Positions 55,791-64,000 of a stretch of DNA of 64,000 nucleotides are shown piece by piece. The DNA comes from an uncultured Bacteroidia bacterium. Lineage in GTDB: Bacteria; Bacteroidota; Bacteroidia; Bacteroidales; CAJPTX01. How positions within the stretch are numbered: position 1 is the stretch's first letter; every line of letters starts with the position of its first letter. The translations under genes were made by a program, and so were the position numbers. The notes beneath the pieces are model-generated. The model ran no database searches. It was not told the DNA's origin and saw nothing but the letters and a program-made list of their open reading frames with translations. The stretch spans positions 18,226-82,225 of the forward strand of contig CBDEMG010000038.1 of NCBI GenBank assembly GCA_965240855.1. Reading direction: 5' to 3'.

Positions 55791-55970
55791 GATTCTTTCC
55801 TCTCGCCCCTAATTTTCACACACATAAAAGTAATACTCATTAGCGAAATCCTATTAGACAAATAATACAGGAGGTTCCTATTCCTCGCAAAATCCTGATC
55901 TAAGACCCTATCTATCGCTTCCTATCTGAAACTTTAGGTATCTTTCGAAGACCTATAGGAGACGCAAGCA

Positions 55971-58007
55971 ATGGATCTTTTTCAACTCGTTGCACCCTTT
56001 GCACCCATGGGAGACCAGCCCGAGGCCATCCAACAATTAGTAGATGGGTTTCAAAACGGTGTTCGTAGCCAAGTACTCCTCGGCGTAACGGGGAGCGGAA
56101 AGACCTTTACAGCCGCCAATATGATTGCACAACTCAATCGCCCAGCTCTCATCCTAAGTCATAACAAGACGCTGGCAGCACAACTCTACAGCGAGTTCAA
56201 AGGTTTCTTTCCACACAACCGCGTTGAATATTTCGTTTCCTACTACGATTATTATCAGCCCGAGGCTTACATCCCGTCTACTGATACCTATATAGAGAAA
56301 GACCTCGCCATCAACCAAGAAATCGAGAAACTCCGCTTGAGTACGACCTCAGCACTCCTCTCGGGGCGTACAGATGTTATAGTTGTCTGCTCCGTTTCTT
56401 GTCTGTATGGTATTGGTAACCCCGAGGATTTTCATGAAAATACCCTCACGCTACGAGTCGGACAAGCCGTCAACCGAGATCAATTTTTACGACACCTTGT
56501 AAACTCGCTCTACACACGCAACGAAGTTGCATTTGAACGTGGGAACTTTCGCGTAAAAGGAGATACCGTCGATGTCGCAGTAGCATACGGCGACTATGCC
56601 TATCGTATCATCTTCTGGGGGAACGAAATCGAAGAGCTACAGAGCTTCGATCCCATTACTGGCGAGAGCATCGATCTCAATCTGGAAGAAATCGTCATCT
56701 TCCCTGCTAGCATTTTTGTGACAACAAAAGAGCGGCTTAAACGTGCTATGTACGAGATACAAGACGACCTCGTACGACGGATCGACTACTTCAACAGCAT
56801 TGATAAACCCATCGAAGCCAAGCGCATAAAACAACGCGTGGAAAACGACCTCGAGATGATGCGAGAGCTCGGCTATTGCAAAGGAGTAGAAAACTACTCA
56901 CGCTACTTTGATGGGCGACCAGTTGGGTCGCGCCCATTCTGCCTACTGGACTATTTCCCTGACAATTTCATCACCGTAATAGACGAGAGTCACGTTACCA
57001 TCCCACAAATTCGAGCAATGTACGGTGGCGATTTTGCGCGCAAATGCAACCTTGTAGAATACGGCTTCCGACTCCCTGCAGCACTCGACAATCGCCCCCT
57101 CAAATTCGACGAATTCACCTCGGAGATCGGGCAAGTCCTATATGTTAGTGCCACACCCGCAGACTACGAACTAAAGGAGTGTGGAGGCATTGTGGTTGAG
57201 CAGCTAATTCGCCCGACGGGCGTGCTCGACCCTCCTATCGAGGTACGTCCAACAAAGGGACAAATAGACGATCTCCTCAACGAAATCAAGAGACGAGCAG
57301 AAAAGAACGAGCGCATTATTGTTACCACCCTCACCAAGAAAATGGCGGAGCATCTCACCGATTTCCTCCGTGGTGTATGGGTTCGCTGCGAATACATCCA
57401 CTCGGACGTAGATACTCTCGAACGCGTACGTATCCTAGACGAACTCCGGGCAGGCAACTTTGATGTGCTGATTGGAGTAAACCTACTCCGAGAAGGGATT
57501 GATCTACCCGAGGTCTCGCTGGTGGCTATTTTAGATGCCGATAGCGAGGGCTTTCTCCGTTCCGCACGCGCACTCACTCAAACAGCGGGGCGTGCTGCAC
57601 GCAATGTGAACGGACTCGTAATTATGTATGCCGAACGCATTACAGACTCCATGCAGATTACAATTGACGAGACCAAACGGCGGCGCGAGAAACAAATGAC
57701 ATATAATAGCGAGCACAATATCACCCCCCGCCAACTCCACAAAAAAGAGCGGCGTTCTCTCCTTGAAGGGAGCGTCGTCGAATTCCTCTTTGAGGGAACA
57801 AACCCCGAGATATCCTCTCAAAATTCTACGACAAAAAAAGAGAAACTCAACCTCCCTACCAATATCACTACACTACGCAAAGAAATACAACAACAGGAGA
57901 AGATGATGAAACAAGCTGCGAAGGAAAAACAGTTCAAACTCGCAGCAGAATATCGCGATAGAATGTTTGCTTTGCAAGAGCAACTTCTTGCGATCGAATC
58001 TAAATAA
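55971..58007 (+). CDS. uvrB: Excinuclease ABC subunit B
   Basis: GVTGSGKTFT, YYDYYQPEAY, helicase motifs, and a C-terminal UVR domain (AAEYRDRMFAL). Confidence 0.95.
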   Translation: MDLFQLVAPFAPMGDQPEAIQQLVDGFQNGVRSQVLLGVTGSGKTFTAANMIAQLNRPALILSHNKTLAAQLYSEFKGFFPHNRVEYFVSYYDYYQPEAYIPSTDTYIEKDLAINQEIEKLRLSTTSALLSGRTDVIVVCSVSCLYGIGNPEDFHENTLTLRVGQAVNRDQFLRHLVNSLYTRNEVAFERGNFRVKGDTVDVAVAYGDYAYRIIFWGNEIEELQSFDPITGESIDLNLEEIVIFPASIFVTTKERLKRAMYEIQDDLVRRIDYFNSIDKPIEAKRIKQRVENDLEMMRELGYCKGVENYSRYFDGRPVGSRPFCLLDYFPDNFITVIDESHVTIPQIRAMYGGDFARKCNLVEYGFRLPAALDNRPLKFDEFTSEIGQVLYVSATPADYELKECGGIVVEQLIRPTGVLDPPIEVRPTKGQIDDLLNEIKRRAEKNERIIVTTLTKKMAEHLTDFLRGVWVRCEYIHSDVDTLERVRILDELRAGNFDVLIGVNLLREGIDLPEVSLVAILDADSEGFLRSARALTQTAGRAARNVNGLVIMYAERITDSMQITIDETKRRREKQMTYNSEHNITPRQLHKKERRSLLEGSVVEFLFEGTNPEISSQNSTTKKEKLNLPTNITTLRKEIQQQEKMMKQAAKEKQFKLAAEYRDRMFALQEQLLAIESK

Positions 58008-58039
58008 GATTTGTACCTTTCGCTAAATTCTTTCTACAG

Positions 58040-58606
58040 ATGGATTGTATTTGTTACTACACCACTCTCCATATAGGGCTTTGGAATGCTTGGATTCCCT
58101 CGTTCGGACTGGTGATCCTCCAATTTCTTTTCATGGGACTCTATCGCACAGCCGGGAAGCGTGCAACAGATACGTCGTGGTACACACCCAGCGATAAAAT
58201 ACATGCTCGGTGGAGTTTTTTCTGGCAAGCGGCGATTCTCCTTCTCTCTCTCTTTGTTCCCTTGCGGCTTGATACCTTCTTCTTTCTCATTGGAGGAGTT
58301 CTATTCTTACTAGCTCTGATAGGTTTTCTTGCAGCATTTGTTGCCTACAAACAAACCCCTAGCGATAAAACCGTGACAAAGGGTGTTTACAAACTCTCGC
58401 GCAACCCTATGTACTTTTTCTTTTCCGTAGGAATGCTGGGCGCATGCATTGCAAGTGCCTCGTTATGGTTACTCTTTACCACAGGAATGCTCATCTACGA
58501 GACTCACCTCGTAATCCTAGGAGAAGAACGTTACTGCGCTGCGCAATATGGTCAAGAGTACCTTAGCTACAAAGCACACACTCCTCGCTACTTTCTTTTC
58601 TTTTGA
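58040..58606 (+). CDS. Isoprenylcysteine carboxyl methyltransferase (ICMT/PEMT)-family membrane protein
   Basis: Multi-TM protein with GVYKLSRNPMYFFF and EERYCAAQYG motifs. Confidence 0.65.
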   Translation: MDCICYYTTLHIGLWNAWIPSFGLVILQFLFMGLYRTAGKRATDTSWYTPSDKIHARWSFFWQAAILLLSLFVPLRLDTFFFLIGGVLFLLALIGFLAAFVAYKQTPSDKTVTKGVYKLSRNPMYFFFSVGMLGACIASASLWLLFTTGMLIYETHLVILGEERYCAAQYGQEYLSYKAHTPRYFLFF

Positions 58607-58644
58607 CATAAGGAGGCTCACCGCCTCATAACACAAATACAACA

Positions 58645-60081
58645 ATGCGTAAAGAAACAAAAAAAGCAATCTATCCCTCCGAATGCACCACAATGATCGT
58701 GGGACGCAAGATGACTGCCGATGGTTCAATGATTGTAGCACGCTCGGAGGACTGGAATGCGATGTATGCTAAAAATCTAGAGATATATGTCGATACCGAG
58801 TTCGGACCTGAGAGTTTCATAGCGCGAGATAGTCCCTTCCGTTGCGACCTCCCACAAAAGGCACTTGGCTATACTGCTATGCCAACTTTCGATCTCCCTG
58901 GGCATTGGGGGAGTGCAGGCTTCAATACGGCTGGAGTAGGGATGAGTGCGACCGAAAGTATTTTTAGCAGCGACAAGGCGCTTGCTGCCGACCCACTGGT
59001 AGAATCAGGCGTAGCTGAGAACTCCGTATTTAACATCGTACTTCCCTACATTCACACTGCCCGCGAAGGGGTAGAGCGTCTCGGAAAACTCATTGAACAG
59101 TTTGGCGTTGCCGAAGGATTTGGCATCGGCTTCTTAGACAACAAGGAGATCTGGTACTTGGAAACAGCTTCTGGACATAGATGGCTCGCGTGCAAGATGC
59201 CCGAGACAGAGTATTTCGTAACCGGCAACCAAAGCCGTTTTCGCAAGTACATCCCCGAGGACAAGGAAAACTATTTAGCCTCGCCAGATCTCATAGATTT
59301 TGCCATTAAACACCAACTATACGACCCAAAGCAAGGCGAGTTCGATTTCCACGAAGCCTACATTCGCGATATTGCCCTAGACACCACCTACAACTACCCG
59401 CGCGTTTGGGGATTACAAGGTATGCTGAGTCCGGATATCAAAAACGATGTGACAAAGAACACCTTCCCCGTATTTGCCAAAGCGAAGTCGCCCATTACAC
59501 TCGACGACATGCGCCGCGTATTCCGTTTCCACTATAATGGAACAGAGCACGACCCGTATCTACACAACAATCCTAAAGAAAAATACCGCCCCGTCTCCAT
59601 ATTTCGTACTACGCAAACACACATTTTGCACGTACGCCCCGAGTTACCGCAGGCTATTGGTTGTGTAGATTACTATGCCATGGGGATGGCTGCTCTCGGA
59701 GCATTCGTACCACTGTACCAAGGAGTAACTTCTTATCCAAGAGCGTATCTGCTGGGGACGGATCGTTCAAGCGTAGAGTCTGCTTACTGGAAAATGCGTA
59801 AGGTGATGACGCTCGGAATGGTTAATTTCAATGCTTACGCACCACTTATTCAAAGCACTTACGCACAATACGAGCAAGAAACTGCTCAGCGACAACAAGA
59901 GATGGAAGCGCAATACCTAGCATGCTACAAAACTCTCCCCTTACATGCGCAGGATTTGCTACAAAACTTCTCCGATCGCATGCTAATCCAAGCACTTGAT
60001 GTAGCCGATAAACTACAAGAAGATCTTTTTACTCGCCTTACCAGCGATATCCAAGCAGAATATAAATTTGCTGGAGCTTAA
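58645..60081 (+). CDS. C69 family dipeptidase
   Basis: N-terminal nucleophile context SECTTMIVGRKMTADGSMIVARSEDW. Length is 478 aa. Confidence 0.85.
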   Translation: MRKETKKAIYPSECTTMIVGRKMTADGSMIVARSEDWNAMYAKNLEIYVDTEFGPESFIARDSPFRCDLPQKALGYTAMPTFDLPGHWGSAGFNTAGVGMSATESIFSSDKALAADPLVESGVAENSVFNIVLPYIHTAREGVERLGKLIEQFGVAEGFGIGFLDNKEIWYLETASGHRWLACKMPETEYFVTGNQSRFRKYIPEDKENYLASPDLIDFAIKHQLYDPKQGEFDFHEAYIRDIALDTTYNYPRVWGLQGMLSPDIKNDVTKNTFPVFAKAKSPITLDDMRRVFRFHYNGTEHDPYLHNNPKEKYRPVSIFRTTQTHILHVRPELPQAIGCVDYYAMGMAALGAFVPLYQGVTSYPRAYLLGTDRSSVESAYWKMRKVMTLGMVNFNAYAPLIQSTYAQYEQETAQRQQEMEAQYLACYKTLPLHAQDLLQNFSDRMLIQALDVADKLQEDLFTRLTSDIQAEYKFAGA

Positions 60082-60108
60082 AACTTTTCTTTACAAGAAA
60101 ATAAAGAA

Positions 60109-60142
60109 GCGGACAGGAATACAAATCCCGTCCGCTTTTTTT
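60109..60142 (+). terminator. Rho-independent terminator
   Basis: GCGGACAGG-loop-CCCGTCCGC followed by TTTTTTT, between convergent genes. Confidence 0.7.
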
Positions 60143-60185
60143 ATTTGAAAAAGATTCTAATTACTACTCGTCTCTAATATCGTTT

Positions 60186-60716
60186 CTAAAGATTACTCTT
60201 GAAACTCTTTGTAAAGTCTTCCCACTTTTGTGTTTCGTAAGCACCTGTTGCTATAAAATGCAAAATGGGCTCCATTTGTTCTGGTGTTTGATAGCCAGGA
60301 ATCCCAGTTATTACCGTACCATCCGCCTTTAAATAGATTGTCATAGGATACGAAAGACGTCCATTCGTTAGTTCCATTGCCAATGGATGTACTCGATCCG
60401 ATGCATCGCCTTCATAGGTTTTACCCCGATACTGAATCTTACCTTTCTGCTCCGCATCGAACTTTACGGGGTAGAAATTCTTGTTCAAATAAGCTGCAAT
60501 CTCTGCATTTGTAAATGTATCGGCATCCAGTCGCTTGCACCACCCACACCAATCGGTATACATATCCATAAACAGGGGTTTCGGAGATTTCTCTGCGGCC
60601 TTCAAAGCTTCTGACAACGAATACCATTTCACGGTTTCCGTTTTTTTTGTTTTTGCTGCCTGCGATACAAATACGAACAAGCTTAATAACAACAGGAGTA
60701 CTGCTAGACGTTTCAT
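60186..60716 (-). CDS. Thioredoxin-fold protein (secreted)
   Basis: Signal peptide present. Redox motif YTDWCGWCK. Confidence 0.8.
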   Translation of the reverse strand: MKRLAVLLLLLSLFVFVSQAAKTKKTETVKWYSLSEALKAAEKSPKPLFMDMYTDWCGWCKRLDADTFTNAEIAAYLNKNFYPVKFDAEQKGKIQYRGKTYEGDASDRVHPLAMELTNGRLSYPMTIYLKADGTVITGIPGYQTPEQMEPILHFIATGAYETQKWEDFTKSFKSNL

Positions 60717-60951
60717 TATCTCTATCTCTATATCGTTAGTTCATTATAAACTCTCTAAAGCTGCAATTTGTTGTGTTACTCATCTTGTTTATACTCTATA
60801 ACTCTCTCATTTTGGACGTATATAGCCATATCTAATTCCCCTTTACAAGTACTCCGAACGAAGACGACTATTTATAAAATGCAGGCAAACAACTTATACA
60901 GAACACTCTAAAAAAGAGTGTTACAAGATTCTACATATTCAACCATCTCCT

Positions 60952-61578
60952 CTATGGCTTCTTCTTATCAACTTTGTTAAAATCTCTACTTATTTTTCTA
61001 CCACCTCTTAGTTCTACCTCCAAAAGAAATTCTCCACTTTTTATTTCTGTCTCTAGGGTAAAAAATGAAGGGAACCAGTAATAGTCATTCTCCGTCAGAT
61101 TTGTAAGATCTTTATAGATATGCACAGTTTTGTCTCCTCTTCGGTTCGGAGTTCTTACATAACGCACTAAACGTTCTAAATCCCAAAACTTTATTGTGAA
61201 TTCTTTTGATATATCTTCTTTTTTTTTCTCCCCTTCTCTTAAAAACACCCTTATCCCAGTTATCCAAAGAGGCTTATCAGGAATGGGAGGAAAAGAATCT
61301 CCCCAGAGAAATTCTTTTCCATTATCGCCATACTCTTTTGCCAATTCTAAATAGCGTTCTTTATCATTCTTCAACGTAATACTATTACCAGTTATACAAA
61401 AAATCTGAACATCGTACGATGCTCCCTCGAAACTTATTCGACGGGGCACGATATATTCATTAAAAATATAATTGAGCTCATAACTAAACCCCCCATCTGT
61501 TTTTCTACATCTTGTAGACAACATAGCAAAGGGGATGATTAAAGAGGTAAATACTGCTATTCTCCATCGTTTCATCAT
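60952..61578 (-). CDS. Hypothetical protein in an AT-rich islet
   Basis: 208-aa ORF with a signal-like N-terminus. No motif recognised. Contains an A9 run (61219-61227 on the plus strand as T9). Confidence 0.45.
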   Translation of the reverse strand: MMKRWRIAVFTSLIIPFAMLSTRCRKTDGGFSYELNYIFNEYIVPRRISFEGASYDVQIFCITGNSITLKNDKERYLELAKEYGDNGKEFLWGDSFPPIPDKPLWITGIRVFLREGEKKKEDISKEFTIKFWDLERLVRYVRTPNRRGDKTVHIYKDLTNLTENDYYWFPSFFTLETEIKSGEFLLEVELRGGRKISRDFNKVDKKKP

Positions 61579-61586
61579 AGTACCTC

Positions 61587-61955
61587 CTAATATGTCACAT
61601 CTAATATATTTTCTAAGTGATAACGAAAATATGGACCGGTTTCACTTCTATAGTCATTTTTTACTCCATACTTGTGATAAAATACCCGATCTAGACAATT
61701 ACAGTTACTATGTCCCCACCCCCAGTTACAATGCAATAAGGTTCGGTATTCATACGACACGACTCGCTTTACTACATTCCCAAAACCATCTGTCGTTATA
61801 TCTTCTCTCCGAAGCCGTTGCTCCTTAAAGCCATCACAAATCCAGACATGACCACCTTGTGTGTATATACCTATGTTTATCTTCCAAAAAAATATTCCTC
61901 GCAATTCACTATCTCCTGCCAAAAACACAGGACGATCCCTACGAAGACTTCTCAT
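61587..61955 (-). pseudogene. C-terminal remnant of a C10 cysteine protease (lacks the catalytic-Cys half)
   Basis: QGGHVWICDGF...LLHCNWGWGHSN parallels GAGHTFVIDGY...HVNWGWNG of the intact C10 at 7828-11793. Only 240 nt separate it from the next gene, so there is no room for the N-terminal half. Confidence 0.55.
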
Positions 61956-62196
61956 TTTTTTTCACTTATATTATCTGCTTAATTCTAGTCTCCAATGCGA
62001 CACTGCCGTTGCATTAAACTAACGACTATTCCAAATTTAACAAAAAAATATAGAATAGAAACCCGATACTCCAACACTCATCGAGCTTTTATTACAGCAA
62101 TGTTCCATTGCTACAGAAGTCAACTCTGATTCCTCAATTCTGTCTAAAATACCAGAGTTACAGGATTCTCTTTTCCGTAGACAGATACAGATAATA

Positions 62197-63729
62197 CTAG
62201 AAATCGAAATATATAAAAGGCTGCAAATCAGCCGTTTGTACGCGTAGTACCAGCAAAGCAACAAGTAGTGTTACAGCAAACTTCCAACCCCAGTGCACAG
62301 TTATAAAAGCTCCACGTAAACGTTCTACCCATTGCGATGGCATCCAATGCAAGAAATATCCTAGCAATAGCAATAAGCTAACAACCCAGTAGCCCGTGAA
62401 AAACTGGTTGAAATGAGATATATCGAATGCCCAAGCAATTTGTTCAAGCACATCCAACGCTTGCGAAAAACTGCTAGCACGAAAAAATATCCACAAAAAA
62501 ACAACATAGTGAAAACAAAGCACTTTACGCGCAATAATAACTACTCGGTGTTCCAAAAAGGGGCGCGGCAAGCGATCGATAGATTTACTTACCACGAGTC
62601 CTAAACCATGCGCTGCACCCCAGAAAACGAAAGTCCAATCCGCACCATGCCATAAGCCCCCTAGAAGCATCGTAAGGAGTAAACTCATCCACATCACTGC
62701 CCGTCCGTGTCTGTTACCGCCAAGTGGGATATAGAGATAATCTCTAAGCCACGTAGAGAGCGATATATGCCACCTTCGCCAAAAATCGCTCAAGGAGGTT
62801 GCTTTATAGGGAAAATTGAAATTAAGGGATAGGCGATAGCCGAGCAAGAGTGCTATCCCGATAGCGATGTCCGTATAGCCCGAGAAATCGCAATAAATCT
62901 GGAGTGTATAGCCATACGAAGCCATCAAATTCTCTACACCCGAGTAGGCAAGCGGATTATTAAAAACTCTATCAACCAAATTGAGAGCTAAATAATCGGA
63001 GAGGATTATCTTTTTAAATAAACCCACGAGAATTAGGAATAGTGCATGCGCTGATTCGCGCTGTTGTAATACATTGGGTTTGCTGATTTGTGGGATAAAT
63101 TCGGAGGCACGAACGATAGGTCCTGCAATAAGCTGTGGGAAGAATGAGAGATAGAAGCCAAAATCGACAATTCTTCGTAAAGGTTGAATATCTCCTCGAT
63201 AGATATCTACTACATAACTAATAGCTTGGAAAGTATAGAAGCTAATTCCTACAGGCAAAAGTACTAGTCCCACCCTAGAAGAATCGCCTACAAACCACCC
63301 CAGGAATTGCGCAAATAGATTGGAATACACTAACGAGGTATCAAAAAGATCGTTTAGCGTAGTCACAAAAAACAGCGTATACTTGAAATACGCAAGTAAC
63401 AATAAATTGAGGCTCACGGCAACGACAACCACCGCTTTGCGTTTACGCCTTGTTGCAAACTTACCTAGCAGTAGACCCGCAGCATAATTAAAACAAATAG
63501 AAAGTAAGATAAGAAGGAAAAACAAGCCACAACTCTTGTAATAAAAGAGCAGACTAAAGGTAAAAAGATAAACCACCCGTGCAGTATAACGTCTATCTAA
63601 AAAAAGCAGCCCCAGCCCGAGGACAAGGAAAAAGATCCAAAATTCTACATGCGTAAAGAGTAATGGCTGAAGGTTATTGTAGCTCAAGAAATTGGCAATA
63701 TGCTGCCATAGAGCGTTAGCCATATCCAT
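62197..63729 (-). CDS. MBOAT family O-acyltransferase (AlgI/DltB-like)
   Basis: FYTFQAISYVVDIY, RRWHISLSTWLRDYLYIPLGG, GLWHG. Multi-TM protein. Confidence 0.9.
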   Translation of the reverse strand: MDMANALWQHIANFLSYNNLQPLLFTHVEFWIFFLVLGLGLLFLDRRYTARVVYLFTFSLLFYYKSCGLFFLLILLSICFNYAAGLLLGKFATRRKRKAVVVVAVSLNLLLLAYFKYTLFFVTTLNDLFDTSLVYSNLFAQFLGWFVGDSSRVGLVLLPVGISFYTFQAISYVVDIYRGDIQPLRRIVDFGFYLSFFPQLIAGPIVRASEFIPQISKPNVLQQRESAHALFLILVGLFKKIILSDYLALNLVDRVFNNPLAYSGVENLMASYGYTLQIYCDFSGYTDIAIGIALLLGYRLSLNFNFPYKATSLSDFWRRWHISLSTWLRDYLYIPLGGNRHGRAVMWMSLLLTMLLGGLWHGADWTFVFWGAAHGLGLVVSKSIDRLPRPFLEHRVVIIARKVLCFHYVVFLWIFFRASSFSQALDVLEQIAWAFDISHFNQFFTGYWVVSLLLLLGYFLHWMPSQWVERLRGAFITVHWGWKFAVTLLVALLVLRVQTADLQPFIYFDF

Positions 63730-64000
63730 TACCTCCGCGTTTTTTTATTGGATGTTAGCAGTCTATAGAGAGCCACGCCTAACAACTTCCCTTGTAGACG
63801 ATACCCTTGGGGGGAGAGGTGCAAACAATCATTTGCTGTGAGTCCGTAGTTATACCACGTGACGATACTACCTGTGCCGCCCATAATTCTATTAAAATCC
63901 CATAGTGCGACGTCTTGTTCCACAGCCACATTTCGTATTACTTCTGAGAGCAACTCTACTCGAGGATTCACCTCGCGGCTACGAAGAAGGTGATCATTAG
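63729..64000 (-). CDS. SGNH/GDSL-like hydrolase, C-terminal part (5' end outside the window)
   Basis: The frame stays open to the window edge. NDCLHLSPQGY fits the SGNH block V D-x-x-H motif. The stop overlaps the MBOAT start. Confidence 0.55.
   Translation of the reverse strand, partial: NDHLLRSREVNPRVELLSEVIRNVAVEQDVALWDFNRIMGGTGSIVTWYNYGLTANDCLHLSPQGYRLQGKLLGVALYRLLTSNKKTRR

Noticed and set aside
62037-62264. 75-aa minus-strand ORF that might be the missing N-terminal part of the C10 remnant
   Set aside because: It overlaps the MBOAT gene's 3' end and shows no convincing match to the C10 catalytic-Cys motif (GCVATA.AQ).

Overview
The window is a Bacteroidota-type chromosomal segment, probably Bacteroidales or Porphyromonadaceae-like. 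This placement is an inference from SusC/SusD pairs, a T9SS C-terminal sorting domain, a BspA-type LRR protein, C10 proteases, Bacteroidota-specific DUF families and TAnnTTTG promoter boxes. I found no rRNA, tRNA or CRISPR array.

Housekeeping genes: GT9 heptosyltransferase with DUF4254, queF, pepT, a guanine-deaminase-like gene, ADP-forming acyl-CoA synthetase, recF with DUF721, a DHH phosphoesterase, a NatAB-like ABC exporter, prolyl oligopeptidase, uvrB, a C69 dipeptidase, a thioredoxin-like protein, and an MBOAT/SGNH pair.

Accessory content:
- (a) A partial Dam-class methyltransferase at the left edge, overlapping a 444-aa ORF with a D..EAK motif. This is a candidate Type II R-M system.
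- (b) A 1.3-kaa C10 cysteine protease with seven tandem beta-repeat modules.
- (c) A two-gene cassette at 12301-18581: a complete single-polypeptide Type ISP restriction-modification enzyme (Mrr nuclease, SF2 helicase, NPPY methylase, specificity domain) followed 5 nt later by a strongly AT-rich 454-aa coiled-coil protein with two TM helices and no family I can name. The cassette is bracketed by ~130-bp direct repeats of a REP-like element.
- (d) A 14-kb minus-strand operon: TonB receptor, SusC, SusD, then six lipoproteins. An IS200-like/RAYT gene lies exactly behind susD, flanked by a perfect 69-bp duplication of the susD 3' end.
- (e) The same 20-nt palindrome (GGACAGGGCATGCCCTGTCC) inside the RAYT ORF, next to it, and at the borders of the Type ISP cassette.

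The Type ISP plus 2-TM cassette is my best candidate for an undescribed defence-type system.
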